Below, in pieces: positions 1-12,682 of a DNA stretch of 64,000 bases (position 1 is its first letter; the number at the start of each line of letters is the position of its first letter). Source of the DNA: Felis catus (lineage: Eukaryota); the NCBI RefSeq assembly GCF_018350175.1, contig NC_058373.1, forward strand, positions 108,812,001 to 108,876,000, read 5' to 3'. The notes beneath the pieces are model-generated. The model was not told where the DNA came from, made no database searches, and was given only the letters and a program-made list of their open reading frames with translations. A program made the position numbers and the translations under genes.

Positions 1-77
1 TGTTCAAGTTTTCTATTTCTTCTGGTTTCAATTTTGGTAGTTTATATGTTTCTAGGAATTTATCCACTTCTTTCAGG
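1..77 (-). mobile_element. L1 ORF2 fragment, inverted 5' part of a 5'-inverted L1 (continues beyond window start)
   Basis: The reverse complement encodes LKEVDKFLETYKLPKLKPEEIENLN, a typical L1 ORF2 segment. It abuts a plus-strand L1 piece at ~75-77. Confidence 0.85.
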
Positions 78-1157
78 AAAACAAAAGCAAAAATAAACTA
101 TTGGGACTTCATCAAGATAGAAAACTTCTGCACAGCAAAGGAAACATTCAATAAAACTGATAGGAAACCGATGGAATGGGAGAAGATATTTGCAAATGAC
201 ATACCTGATAGAGATTACTATTCAAAATATATAAAGAACTCATAAAACTCAACACCCCCCAAAATAAATAATCCAGTTAAAAATGGGCAGGAGACATGAA
301 CAGACATTTCTCCAAAGAAGACATCCAGATGGCTAATGGACACATGAAAAGATGCTCAACATCACTCATCATCAGGAAATACAAATCAAAACCACAATGA
401 GATATCACCTCACACATGTCAGAATGGCTTAAATTAACAACACAGGAAACAACCGGAGACAGAGGAACCCTCTTATGCTTTTGGTGAAAGTGCAAACTGG
501 TGCAGACACTCTAGAAAACAGTATGGAGGTTCCTCAAAAAGTTAAAAATAACTACCCTATAATCTAGCAATTGCACTACTAGGTATTTAACCTAAATGAT
601 ACAGAAATACTGATTCAAAGGGATACATGCACCCCGATATTTATAGCATCATTATCAACAATAGACAAATTATGGAAAGAGCCTGAATGTCTGTTGACTG
701 GTGAATGGATAAAGAAGATATGGTATATATGTATGTGTACACACACACACACACACATGCACAGAGAATGCAATATTAGCCTTCAAAAAGAATGAAATCT
801 TGCTATTTCAATGACATGGATGGAGCTAGAGAGTATTATACTAAGCCAGTAAGAGACAGACAAATACCATATGATTTCATTCATAGGTGGAATTTTAGAA
901 ACAAGACAGATGAACATAGGTGAAAAAAAAGATTGACAAACTAGAAAACACACTCTTAACTATAGAGAACAAACTGAGGATTGCTGGAGGGGAGGTGGAT
1001 GTCTGGGGACAGGTTAAATGGATGATGTAGTAAGGAGGGGACCTGTTGTGATGAGCACTGGGTGTTGTATGTAAGTGATGAGTCACTAGATTCTATACCT
1101 GAAGCTAATGTTACACTGTATGTTAACTGGAATTTAGATAAAAACATGAAAAAAATG
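75..1157 (+). mobile_element. Carnivore L1 3' end (ORF2 C-terminus + 3' UTR + A-tail)
   Basis: ORF2 text KAKINYWDFIKIENFCTAKET; canonical 3' UTR (gatgagcactgggtgttgtatgtaagtgatga...tgttaactggaattt); A-rich end; internal (CA)n near 739-757. Confidence 0.92.
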
Positions 1158-1454
1158 ATACAAATTTGCTTTTATGATAGCCACTGGGACATGATAATGT
1201 CATTATTTCATTTTTTCCATTTAATGTAGCACTTTTTAAAAAGCTGGGAATAGTGTTGGGTGTTGAACATGTATATTGTGCAAATATCACTGATTTCATC
1301 TTACTAAGTCAGCATTCTATAACCAGAGTGAGAATATACTCAGATATGAAGGAAAATATAAATCAACTTCTGATGGAACAACAAGTAGATATACATACTC
1401 CCTATATATGACATTTTATGCTGATTACTTTCCACATAGAACTTCCATTACTTA

Positions 1455-1628
1455 TCCCAGCTCTAGAACTTATTAGCCGTGTGGCCTTGGGAAGGTACTA
1501 AATCTCTCATTGTGTCAATATCTCTTCTGTAAAATGAGGATAATAATACTTATTACATCTTTGAGTTGTGGTGAGGATTAAATGAGATAATACAAGTAAC
1601 CGATAAGATGCATACTAAATATTAGCTT
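1455..1628 (+). mobile_element. MIR SINE
   Basis: cccagctct...gtggccttggg...ctgtaaaatgaggataataata...gtgaggattaaatgagataata matches the MIR core. Confidence 0.85.
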
Positions 1629-1949
1629 CTGTTTCATGCATTGAATAAGGGTGAAATTCAGTTATTACTTCAGAAGTACATTGTATGTGAAACTGGCAGA
1701 ACAATATTTCATAAAAATATTTATACTGGTACAATTGTTGATTGATTATGTCCTAGGGATCCATGGTGAGCATGTTGAGGCAGTTTTTTTTTTTATATTT
1801 ATTTAAAGATTTTATTTACCTTAGAAGGTACAGGATTTCATTGGCATAAGAGTTCCACTTTATTTGGTACAAACAGATTTTTTTTGAACTTTTAAATATC
1901 TCCTGTAGACGCTGGTCTGTAGTAACAGAGAGTTCTGTCCACAAGAAGG

Positions 1950-2118
1950 GAAAGAAGAGCTGAGAGGCTGGGAGACAAAAGATGTAAGTCTCTGGTTTTA
2001 GTCTTTTCCTGCTATACCCATCCCTTCTGGGTTATGTGAACTAGTAATTTCCCTTTTTTCTCTGAGGAAGTTTGAGTTGCTTCATGTAACTTGTAACCAA
2101 AGGAGTGATGACTAATAG
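1950..2118 (+). mobile_element. Old MaLR LTR 3' fragment (MLT1J/K-like)
   Basis: ttcccttttt...gtttgagttg...cttgtaaccaaaggagtgatgactaata resembles the MLT1 LTR 3' end. Confidence 0.6.
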
Positions 2119-4105
2119 AATGAATGCTAATGCAAACACCATAGGGTGGTTTTTATCCTCAGGGTTTTAGGAAACTTAACTCGTCACATGGGCTTTGGGT
2201 CCCTTTTTGGAGATGGGGTGATCTTTTTACTGCATTTTTATATGCTTCTGACCTTAAGAAAGTAATAAGTCTACTCTTCACTAAAATTCTGTATCCTACA
2301 TTTGCTCTTAAAATTCTGTATCTGATATGTCAATCAAAAATTATTTCAAATGGTTTAGTAATAAGGACATCTTAGAACTCCACTTGCTGTCTCTTTCATC
2401 ATCTTTTTTCTCCCCCTCCTTTCCTCCTGTCAATCATAAATCTACCTCTGTCTATATATAGAAAAAGAGTCTAAAATAAAGTAACCTGAATTTGAATTTC
2501 ATGGAGAAGACTGAGCACTTACAAGCAGTGCGTTTTTAGCGACAGCTTATGTAGTGGTATGCACTGAAATTTTCTTCCTCCAAAAGATACTGATAAATAG
2601 GTATGCAGAAAATGTAAAATAATTTCTTTGACTGACTGCTTTGGTGGTCAAGCCAAGTACAAGTGTCAAAGCCAACATGTAACCAGGTAGTAGATTTAAA
2701 GAAAGATAGGAGCAGGAATTATCTCTTATAATTCTTAAGATATTATCACAGGGAAGAGTGATTATTTTTTAATGTCCCTGCATAGGAGATAGTAAATTCA
2801 TCTATTGCAAGCAGAGCATAATGTGATTTAGAATACTGGACTTGCCAAAGAATTCATTTTCTGTTTCTTTCCATATGATAGTTGGACTGAACTAGACTTC
2901 TTGTGAAGCTGAACTTCAGAGAGATGAACTTACCTTCTAAATATCAGAAGCAAGTTCCTTTCCTCCATAGTGAAAATTCTTTCCAATGATTAAACCCAAT
3001 TAAAAGTCTTAAGGGGACATGGATTTTGGAAAGATAGACCTACATTGTTCCTGGTTTTAGAGAAAAGATTGAAAAGAGGAAACACAATAATTAGAACTAT
3101 TTGAATAGGGTATGGAATGATGTGGGAACACATAACCCTTAACAGGAATTGGAGGGAGACATGAGGAAAGGAAGGTAAGAGACATATCACTATCTCCATA
3201 TTGTGGCAATTTCTATACAGCTTATAAAAACCAAAATACGGAAAAAGGTTTTAGCACTTACATTGAAATTTTGGAGCTTTAGAGAGGAAAAAAGCAGAGA
3301 GGAATAAGTGATGAATAAAACATATTCAATTTTCTTCTAAGAGTTTGGATGTTGTTATGTGGAGACCCAGTGTGATTGCCTCTGGAGCAACAGCAAGACT
3401 ATGGGTTACTTGAGGCCGCAAATGTGCTCTCTGAAGGGTCACCTGAGTACTACCTGAGTGACCACATGACATAAGGCGAGGTCAGGCTTTATGGGATATG
3501 ACTGGGTGCCTTGTTGACTCTTCCTACAGTTTCCCAGACTCTTCCTACTTTCCCATACCCTTCCAGACAGAACGTATATTTCTGGCTTTAGGGAGCAGTA
3601 GATGATAAGGACTACACCACCCAAACTAGTGAGGAGTGGTGTACATTTTCTTAACTCTCACATATCTCAGATCAATAGTAGATAAGTGTGTCATGAGTTT
3701 GTGGACCAAAATTCTTTCTTGCTAATAGAGAAGAAAGTACAATATAGGAAATTATGTATTAAGCTGCATAAGGCCATGGGTCAGTCTCATGCTCCTCTGA
3801 AACTCCTCTAGTTTGTTTGTTTGTTTGTTTGTGTTGTTTGTGAAATCCAAAAAAGCAAAAAAGAACAGAGAGAAGAGACCAAATTAAGCTGTCTGGATGG
3901 AGCCCATTAGAGCACAACGTGTGGTGTGGGGTCAACATAAAAACCTCAGAGAATAGAAATGAGAATTTCAAACCAGAGTTTGGTCAAAATCATGACATGA
4001 ATGAAACTTATCTTTGAAATCTTTCATTCTGAAGTACCCCTTTTTTTCTTCCTCTTCCAATATCTAGAACCCTTAAAAAACATCATTTATCTAAAAGGCA
4101 GAAAA

Positions 4106-4304
4106 GGGGCACCTGGGTGGCTAAGTCCTTTGAATGTCCGACTTCAGTTGAGGTCATGATCTCATGGTTCGTGAATTCAAGCCCCACATTGGGGTCACTG
4201 CTGTCAGCAAAAAGCCCATTTCAGATCTTCTGTTCCCCTATCTCTTTGCCCCTCCCCTGCTCACACACACACTCTCTCTCAAAAATAAATAAACATTAAA
4301 AAAA
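4106..4304 (+). mobile_element. Can-SINE (felid SINEC)
   Basis: ggggcacctgggtggct head, CT-rich segment, aaaataaataaacattaaaa tail; preceded by aaaaggcagaa. Confidence 0.95.
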
Positions 4305-4312
4305 CAAAGGCA

Positions 4313-4503
4313 GGGGTTCCTGGGGTGGGTTAGTACCTTAAGCATTTTACTCTTGATTTCGGCTCAGGTCATGATCTCATGGTTTGTGAATTTGAGCCCC
4401 ACATCAGACTCTGTGCTGACAGTCAGGAGCCTGCTTGGGATTCTCTCTGTCTCACTCTCTCTCTTTCTCTCTCTCAGAAATAAATAAATAAACTTAAAAA
4501 AAT
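4313..4503 (+). mobile_element. Can-SINE, directly in tandem with the previous one
   Basis: Degenerate head, ggctcaggtcatgatctc, (CT)n and AATAAA tail; flanked by aaaggcag / aaaaggcagaa. Confidence 0.93.
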
Positions 4504-4665
4504 AAAAGGCAGAAGATAAAAGTGAAAATTGAATTAATGATAAAGTTGGGGCAATGTAAACTTATTTACACAGAGTTAATTTATTTCCCCATTGAGATGA
4601 AGAAACAAAGGAAAAAATAGAATAGAATAAAATTAAATTAAAATGTCCAGGTGATCTGAATTGTT

Positions 4666-4891
4666 GTTTTTTTTTTTTAATTTTTTTTCAACGTTTATTT
4701 ATTTTTGGGACAGAGAGAGACAGAGCATGAACGGGGGAGGGGCAGAGAGAGAGGGAGACACAGAATCGGAAACAGGCTCCAGGCTCCGAGCCGTCAGCCC
4801 AGAGCCCGACGCGGGGCTCGAACTCACGGACCGCGAGATCGTGACCTGGCTGAAGTCGTACGCTTAACCGACTGCGCCACCCAGGCACCCC
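4666..4891 (-). mobile_element. Young SINEC_Fc
   Basis: Near-consensus and CpG-rich. TSD tctgaattgtt at 4655-4665 and 4894-4904. Confidence 0.97.
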
Positions 4892-6059
4892 ATTCTGAAT
4901 TGTTTTTATGAAGATTGTAGGATGTTCACATGATGTTAGACATAACAGTCTTGAAACATGAATACTTTTCAACTAGCCAAAGAAGGTGCAAGATAATGTT
5001 ACAAAGGAAGGGTTATGACGTTTGTGATTCTTCTCAATGAATAAATCTGGTTTCTGGTGGAACTCCAGTGAAGAGATTACTCCTGAATACAACTCTTCTC
5101 CATCTCAACATAGTACTCTGATCAAGGATGGCATGTAAACACATAAACTAGATGGAATCATTTCCAGGGTAGGAAGTACGACAGCTAATTTTCACTACTA
5201 GTTTTTCTTTTTTGGTAATTAAAAAAAAAAAGTGATAAGAATCCTTACTTAGAAGGAGAAGGTAAGTAAAGAATACAAATTTTTTGCAAATAGTCATATA
5301 TTTCATCCTTATTGGACAAATAGAATATCATAGAAACCTAGGAAGATATATTCAGAAGATAGAAATTTCTGTTAGCTCCCTGGTTTCTTCAGGTAACTGG
5401 AGAACAAAATGTTTATGTAAGAATGCCACCGTATATAATTTCTGGCTCATGATATATATAAATATTTCCAAGTTAACTATATATTTAACCATCTTAGTGT
5501 TTTAATAATTTTTAACAACTCTCTAACATCTGAGTGCTTAATAACTTTAATAACTAGCCTTATGTTTTTGATGAAGTTACCACTTAGAGAGTTAATCTGG
5601 GCGTGGTAATAGGAAGATATATGATTAAAGAAATCAAGATTGTTGTACCTAGTAGAGTATTTAAAAACATGAAAATAATATATTTTACACAATATTTCTT
5701 AACAAAAGTTATTTCCATCTGTGGGTGTTAGCATTTTGCCATTTTTAAATAGGACTCATATCGTTAAAAGTCTGTTGTATCTTAATCCTGAATTTCAAAA
5801 TACTGTATATATTGTTCTAAATATTAGGTGGATTTGTATTATCAAATTACTACTGAAAAATAGAGGGAGGAGCTTCTTAATGGTAAGCACAGTGTTATCT
5901 GTAGAAGTAGCCACTAATACTGAGGGAGGAGATGAAAGGCAAGAGAAATTAGTCAAACTCAAAACATGACAAGATGGGGACATTAAGTGTTGGGGCTAAC
6001 ATCTCATGTACACAGCTGTAACTAAAAACATCAGAAAGTTAAAAAAATGATACTAAGTC

Positions 6060-8425
6060 ACTAGGAAACATTTTAAATAGATCAGAATATTCATCATGAA
6101 GTAAATACAAAGGAAATTTCCATTAAAATTATAAAATCATACATGAGTTGGTACATAGTTGTTTACAAATCAGCTAGAAGCAATAGACCAATTACTTGGA
6201 GTAATTGGTTACAAAACTCAGCTAAGTTGAACAATATAGCCTGAATTGTTATACATCCATTAAAGAAACTGAAGTTGTGTTTAAAGGATCCCCCAAAAGA
6301 AATCTCCAGGAAAAGCTGGCTTCACTGGGGAATTTTACTAAAGATTTTGAAGATGACTTAATGCCAATTTTACACGTTTTCCTCCAAGAAATAGATGCAG
6401 AGGGAACACTTCATATTTTGTGAGGCCAGTATTACCCTTATACCAAAATAAGACAAAGTACAAAATAGTACCCAACAACTATAAAACAATAATTCTCATG
6501 AACTTAAATGAGAAATCCTTAATAGAATATTAAGAAATCAAATCCAATAATATATGAAAAGATTAATACACTACAACAAAGGGGATTTATTCCAATATGC
6601 AGTACTGATTCAGTTTTAGAAAATTAATTAATGTGATCTACCATGTTAAAAGACTAACAAAGAATAATCATATGATCACATACATGATGCAGAAACATCA
6701 TTTGACAAAATTCAACACTCATTTACGATAAACATTTTCAACAGAGTAGGAACAGAGGGAATCTCAACCTCATAAAGAGCACATATATAAAAACTATAGC
6801 TAGTACCACACTTCATGGTGAGACTGAATTCTTTCCATTTAAGATTGAGAATAATTCGAAACTATCAACTTACCCATTTTTCTTCAACATTGAACTGGAA
6901 TTTCAAGCCAGTGCAATAATGCAAGAATTTTAAAAGATTATAGATAGAGCAAAAGATAAATTATTTCTATTTGTAGACACACGATTGTCTGCAGAGAACA
7001 GCCTGAGGAATCTACCAAAAGCTCCTAGAACTAATAAATTGAGCAAGGTCATAGAATGAAAGATAAACACATAAAAATTAACTGCATGTCTGTTTACTAA
7101 AATGAGCAATTGGAAATAAAACTCTTCACTACTGTTTATAATTGCTCCAAATAAAATTCAGTACTTAGGTATAAATCTAACAAAATATGTACAGAAAATG
7201 TCTGCTAAAATTTACAGAATGTTAATAAAAGAAATCTAAGATGACTAATTAGAAAAGTTTATCATCTTCATAGATTAAAAGACACATCATAATAGAGATG
7301 CTAAGTCTCCTCAAATTGTTCTATAGGATTAAAGCAATTGCTTTTACAACTCCAAAGAATTTTAGTAGACATAGATGAGCATATTCTAAGATTTATATGG
7401 AAAGGCAAAGGAACTGGAATAGCTAACACAATATTCAGTACTGAATAGGATGTATGGATGGTGAAAAAGCGCCTGAAAAAATGCTCAACATCATTAATCA
7501 TTAAGGCAATGCGAACTAAAATCAAATTGAGTTGGTGTTATACACACCTATTATAATAAAAAAAAATAGTGGTAACAACAAATGCTGATGAGGTTGTGAA
7601 GCAATTTGATCTCTCATACATTGTTGATGGGAATTTTAAATGGTATAGTAGCTCTGAAAAACTGTTTGTTAGTTTCTAAAACTAGACAAATACTTACCAT
7701 ATGATTCAGCAATTATACTCTTCGGTATTTATCCCTGAGAAATAAAAATGTATGTGTACACAAAAACCTTTACATGAATGTTTATAACAGCTTTATTTGT
7801 AATAGCCAATCATTGGGGGAAAAAAAAAAACCCAAATGTCCTTAAATGTTAGGTGATTGAACAAATAAATAACAAAAAGCATCCATAGCATGGAACATAA
7901 TGCATTCAAATAAATGAAGGAACTATTTATATATTTAACAACCTTGATGATTGTCCAGGAAATTTTATTGAGTAAAGCCAAACTCAAAGATTATATACTA
8001 TATGATTCCATTTATATAACATTATTGAAATAATAAAATTAGAGATAGAGAACAGATTAGAAGTTGCCATGGTTTAGGTATATGGAGAGGTCAGTAGGTA
8101 TGGCTAAAACAGGTAATAAGAGCGAACTTTATGGTGATGGAACAGTTGTCTTGATTGTAGTGGTGGTTGCACAAAGCTACATACATGATGAAATTGCCTA
8201 GAAGCGTACCCAACCACGCAGAAATGAATACATGTAAAACTTGTGAGATCTGAATAAAATGGTGGATTTTACCACTGTCAATTTCCTGGTTTTGATAGCT
8301 CTGTAAAGTGTTATCACTGGAGGAAATTGAGTGAGGAGTCCTTTTTTGGTAGGTTTTGTACTTTTTGTATATTTTTAAGGCATCTTCCTTTGAATGTATA
8401 ATTATTTCAAAATAATTTTTTAAAA
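6060..8425 (+). mobile_element. Old L1 (L1MC/MD-like), decayed ORF2 + 3' UTR
   Basis: Degenerate RT-region text (gatgcagaaacatcatttgacaaaattcaacactcattta). The 3' UTR catgtaaaacttgtgagatctgaataa...aatttcctggttttgata...taattatttcaaaataa is typical of L1MC. Confidence 0.85.
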
Positions 8426-9084
8426 ACTACCAATGATTGTATGATTATTCTCCAAACAGTAGATTGGAGTATTGCATATAGTTCAGATCATGAAACATAT
8501 AATGTAACCTAAGAGATCATTTGTATTGAAAATATATAAGGTCCAAGATGTAATAGGTTTGTTTTGGTACAGTCATAAGGCATATTTTACAATGAGAAAC
8601 ATTATGAATAATCAAATACATAAGAATTTCAAAAGAAACATTTCTGACAGGGGAACTGGTACGAGTACTTCAGCTGAAAGGAGAACCTAAGTCCTCTGGA
8701 ATGCTTGCCAAATGAAGACTGAATTTTGACATCTATCTCTGGGATAATAAATGTGTTTAATACTTTTTATACTATATGGAAAAAATAAGCACTGATTGAA
8801 AAAACAAGGCAAACATTTAAAAATGTGATTGGTGATTTTTAAGTGTTAGGTAGGGAAAATATAATTCCATTTAACACTTGACTTCATCTCCTGATAATCT
8901 CTAAATGATATTGCCTCTCTTTCCAGATAGACTGAAAGTTTCTTGAGAGTGAGTCTATAGCTTTTATGTATACTTTGTATGGAGTAAAAAATTCAAGCCC
9001 ACATTTCCTAAGACCTTACTAAATAATGGACACATTTTGTTCATTCTTGAATGTCATCTTTAAAGTATTCTATAGGATGATCAT

Positions 9085-9169
9085 TAACAGCCCTGTTGTG
9101 TACGTAAGAGAACTGAGGCTCAGAGAGGTTAGATACCTTGTCCAATGTCACAGTTAAAAGTAAGTGGTA
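9085..9169 (-). mobile_element. MIR, left half (split by L1)
   Basis: gaactgaggctcagagaggttagataccttgtccaatgtcacag...taagtggta. Confidence 0.85.
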
Positions 9170-11586
9170 CACAGACACAGACAAAGTTAGACAAAATGAG
9201 GACACAGGGGAATATGTACCAAATGAAAGAACAGTACAAAATCACAGCAACAGATATAAGTGAAATGGATGTAAGTAATATGCTTGATAGAGAATGTAAA
9301 GTAATGATCATGAAGATAGTGGAGTTGAGAAGAGAGTGGAGGACATCAGTGAGATCCTTAACAAAGACATAAAAGAGAACCAGAGATGAACAAAATAAAT
9401 AAAATTAAAAATATATTTATTGGGATAAAGAGCAGGCTAGAGGAAGCAGAGGAATGAATTAGTGACCTGGAAGACAGAATGATGGAAAGTAATCAAGCTA
9501 AGCAGATGAGAAAAAAAAATGCAAAATCAGATTAGACTTAGGGAATTCTGTGACTTCATCAAGTATAATAACATTTCCGTTATATGTATTCCAGGAGAAG
9601 CAGAAGAAAGGGGGCAGAAAATATTTTTCAGGAAATAATAGCTGAAAACTTCCCTGTTCTATACAACAGATAAAATCAATTTGCAGAAATCTGTTGCATT
9701 TCTATGTACTAATAAAGAAGCAGCCGAAAGAGAAACTAAGAAAACCCCATTTACAGTTGCACCAAAAATAATAAAATACCTAGGAATAAACTTAACCAAA
9801 GAGGTGAAAGACCTGTACTGTAAAAACTATAAAATATTGATGAGGGGCGCCTGGGTGGCTCAGTCGATTAAGCGGCCGACTTCGGCTCAGGTCATGATCT
9901 CACGGTCCATGAGTTCGAGCCCCACATCAGGCTCTGTGCTGACAGTTCAGAGCCTGGAGCCTGTTTCGGATTCTGTGTCTCCCTCTCTCTGACCCTCCCC
10001 TATTCATGCTCTTTCTCTCCCTGTCTCAAAAATAAATAAAATGTTAAAAATAAAATAAATAAAATAAATAAATAAAATAAAATAAAATAAAATAAAATAA
10101 AATAAAATAAAAAATATTGATGAAAGATATTGTGGAAGACCAAAGAAATGGAAAGGCATTCCATGCTCATGGATTGGAAGAACAAATGTAAAAATGTCGA
10201 AACTATTCAAAGAAATCTACAGATTTGATGCAATCCCTATCAAAATATCAACAGCATTTTCATAGAACTAGAATGATACTTATATGTTAAGTTAATCTTT
10301 GATAAAGGAGTAAAGAATATGCAGTGGAAAAAGACAGTCTCTTCAACAAATGGCGTTGGGAAAACCGGACCACTTTCTTAAACCATACACAAAAATAAAT
10401 TCAAAATGAATGAAGACCTAAATGTGAGACCTAACACCATAAAAATCCTAGAAGAGAGCACAGGCAGTAACTCCTGAGATGTCAGCCATAGCAATATTTT
10501 TCTACATATGTCTTCTGAGGCAAGGGAAATAAAAGCAAAAATAAACTTTTGGGACCACATCAAAGTAAAAACTTTTTACACAATGAAGGAAACATTCAAC
10601 AAAACTAAAAGGCAACCTTTAGAATGGGAGAAGATATTTGCAAATGACATATCTATTTAATAAAGGGTTAGTGTCCAAAATATATAAAGAACTGATACAA
10701 CACTCAAAAACAAGTAATCCAGTTAAAATGGAGCAGAAGACACGAACAGACATTTCTCCAAAGAAGACATACAGATGGCCAACAGACACATGAAATGATT
10801 CTTTACCTCACTCATCATCAAGGAACTGAAAATCAAAACTACAGTGAGATACTACCTCACACCTGTCCTAATGGCTATACTCAAAGACAGAAGAAACAAC
10901 AGGTGTTGGTGAAATATAGAGAAAAAGGAATCCCTGTGCACTTTGGATGGAATGCAAACTGGTGCAGAAAGTGTGGAAAACAGTATGGACGACCCTCAAA
11001 ATGTTAAAATAGAACCACCCTATGATTCAGTAATCACACCAGTGGGTATTTACACAAAAAATACAGAAAACACTAACTCAACATTATTCATGCACCCCTA
11101 AGTTTATAGCAACATTATTTACAATAGCTAAACTATTGAAGCATCCCAGTGTCCATCGATAGATAAATGATAAAGAAGATGCAGTATATATGTACATTGG
11201 AATATTATGCAGCTATAAACAAGGATGAAGTCTTGCCATTTGCAATGACATGGATGGAACTAGAAAGTAAGATGCTAAGAAAAATCAGTCAGATAAAGGC
11301 AAATACCCTATGATTTCACTCATGTGTAATTAAAAAAAAACAAACAAATGAACAATGTGGGGGTTGGGAAGCCAAAACACGAAACAAAATCTTAACTATA
11401 GAGAACAAACTGATGGTTACCATAGGGGAGGGAGTGGGGGAGATAGGTGAAATAGGCCGTGGTGATGAAAGTATACACCTCATGATTAGCACTGAGTAAT
11501 GTATAGAATTGTTGAGTCACTGTGTTCTACACTTGGAACTAATATAACACCACCTGTTAACTATACCGGAATTAAAATTAAAAAAA
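9170..11586 (+). mobile_element. Carnivore L1 with internal deletions (ORF1 N-terminal part joined to ORF2 3' part + 3' UTR)
   Basis: ORF1-like MRTQGNMYQMKEQ...AENFP to 9655, then ORF2 KIN.QKSVAFL; 3' UTR and poly(A); TSD aagtggta at 9162-9169 and 11587-11594. Confidence 0.9.
9844..10110 (+). mobile_element. Can-SINE inserted in L1 ORF2, with (AAAAT)n tail
   Basis: Exact 13-bp TSD aaaatattgatga at 9831-9843 and 10111-10123. Confidence 0.97.
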
Positions 11587-11648
11587 AAGTGGTAAATTCA
11601 GGATTCAAACCCTACTCTGATTCCAAAGTCAATATACTTCTCACCACA
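11587..11648 (-). mobile_element. MIR, right half
   Basis: aagtggtaaattcaggattcaaaccctactctgattccaaagtc continues the MIR broken at 9169. Confidence 0.8.
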
Positions 11649-12037
11649 ACATGACTTCTTTCTTTTCTTTATTTTCTATAGAACCCTTCTCTGGGTACTG
11701 AGCAATAGTTTTCAGTAATATTTGGTGGTTAATGACCATATCTCATGTATCCTGAGTTTCGATTCAAGTGCAGTTTGTTTACAATGTGAATGCCCTGATC
11801 TATGGTTCATGCCCACTGCCATAGTAATGCGATACATATGTATCAGGGTATTTTCTCAAAGCACTTCAATGCTATAGTCCATGAGTCAACTGTGACCACT
11901 GCATCCTGGCATTTTCTTACAGGAGCCAGTTCTCCAACAACCATTGCAAATTGGAACTCTTTCTCCCATAGATGGATATGAACCCACAGGATCCTTTCAG
12001 GGCATAGCTTTTACCAATATTGGTTATCTACCTTCAT

Positions 12038-12150
12038 ATTACACTATAGTTACGCAAGATGTTGAGGGAGGCTGAGTGAAGGGTGTATTGGACCTTCTTG
12101 CATATTCTCTGCAACTTCCTTAGAGTATATGGTTACTTAAAAGTAGTTGC
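12038..12150 (+). mobile_element. L1MC-like 3' terminal fragment
   Basis: actatagttacgcaagatgtt...gggaggctgagtgaagggt...tgcaacttcct. Confidence 0.7.
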
Positions 12151-12234
12151 AAAAGTGATAAAATCTAGTTGGCACAAAATCAAATACAGGTCAGTTATCT
12201 GAATATATTGCTGTGTGCTAAACATGCCTGTATG

Positions 12235-12235
<1 letters not shown>

Positions 12236-12292
<57 letters not shown>
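12236..12292. repeat. (TG)n microsatellite, ~28 units
   Basis: Read directly. Confidence 0.98.
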
Positions 12293-12295
<3 letters not shown>

Positions 12296-12682
12296 ATACC
12301 ACATACAAGCAGATGAAGAGATTATTAGAACATTATGAGGAACCTGGCTTCACCAAAAGTTAGGATACTTGAATTAAACCTTGTAGAATATTATCTTTTG
12401 TCTTGGCAGACTATAGCTAAGAAAAGTAAGTATGGTGAGATGAGAGTGAAAGCAAATAGAAAGAAGAGGAAGTGGATGTGTAAGGGAAGAAATGGACCAG
12501 TGGGATCAGTTTTTGAGAGGCCAGGAAGAATTGTAAGGCTGTTTCTAACCTTGTCTTTGGAAAATGGGAAGGCCCCAGTGTAGGATTTCTGGAGAGGAAG
12601 TTCCCTGTTATTTATTGAAAAGATCATCCTATCATCTTTTCAACATTTAGGAAAAGCAATAAAGTTGTAATAGTTTTTACTC

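Noticed and set aside
4705..4911. Recurrent ORF family MGQRETEHERGRGRERGRHRIGNRLQA... (also at 13098, 41108, 54115)
   Set aside because: It is the antisense reading of young SINEC_Fc copies, not a gene family.
9681..9992. 103-aa ORF with L1 ORF2 similarity
   Set aside because: It is a decayed L1 RT fragment reading into an inserted SINE, so it is non-functional.
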